A stretch of 64,000 nucleotides of DNA, from assembly GCF_963921235.1 (NCBI RefSeq), contig NC_086108.1, positions 104,224,001 through 104,288,000 on the forward strand, written 5' to 3'. Shown one piece after another: positions 63,745 through 64,000 of this stretch (positions are counted from its first letter, which is position 1; every line of letters begins with the position of its first letter). Source of the stretch: Mobula hypostoma (lineage: Eukaryota). Position numbers and translations under genes: made by a program. Below the pieces are notes generated by a model. It was not told the origin of the DNA, made no database searches, and worked only from the letters and a program-made list of their open reading frames with translations.

Positions 63745-64000
63745 GTTTATGAATATGCTAAGGATTAGTGGGAGTGGTGGAGCTGGATTATAAGGAATGC
63801 ATGCTCAAGTTTGTGGGATGTAGGACAGAGTTTGTGGGGGTGTGCATCACAATTAGTATTGGTCAGTTACTTAACTGATTAACTTTACTTTGGTTACAAG
63901 TGAGGGGGACGACCTACCAGGGTGAGCCACACTGACCTGGTGTCTGGCACTGAGTCTGGAGCTATGGTTCAGAAGAGAAGAGAAGTGAAGAGGACTGCAG
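63745..64000 (+). mobile_element. Decayed CR1 ORF1 fragment
   Basis: ggggacgacctacc...tctggcactgagtctgg...gttcagaag resembles the reverse complement of ~39860-39960. Confidence 0.65.

Overview
Repeat-saturated, non-coding vertebrate DNA, probably intronic or intergenic. The mix of HE1/V-SINE-type SINEs, CR1, Rex1/Babar-like LINEs, L1/Tx1, Penelope-like elements, Tc1 and Gypsy suggests a cartilaginous fish, possibly a ray; this is inference from repeat content only. I found no confidently recognisable host gene, and all long ORFs are transposon-derived. Two deep nests dominate. The first is a decayed Gypsy element (~20.8-30.1 kb) holding other LTR elements, SINEs, a Tc1 piece, a Rex1-like fragment and a copy of nearby DNA. 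The second is a 10-kb L1/Tx1 (35.7-46.0 kb) holding a CR1 with an esterase ORF1 and two Penelope insertions. The most notable signal is a set of Penelope-like (GIY-YIG) elements whose 3' ends carry a minimal hammerhead ribozyme motif (agtc-CTGACGA-stem II-GAAAC-GTC-gact). Several short TSD-flanked fold-back insertions, from more than one subfamily, turn around at that ribozyme motif and share asymmetric end points. Coordinates were counted by eye; the boundaries of old fragments are approximate.
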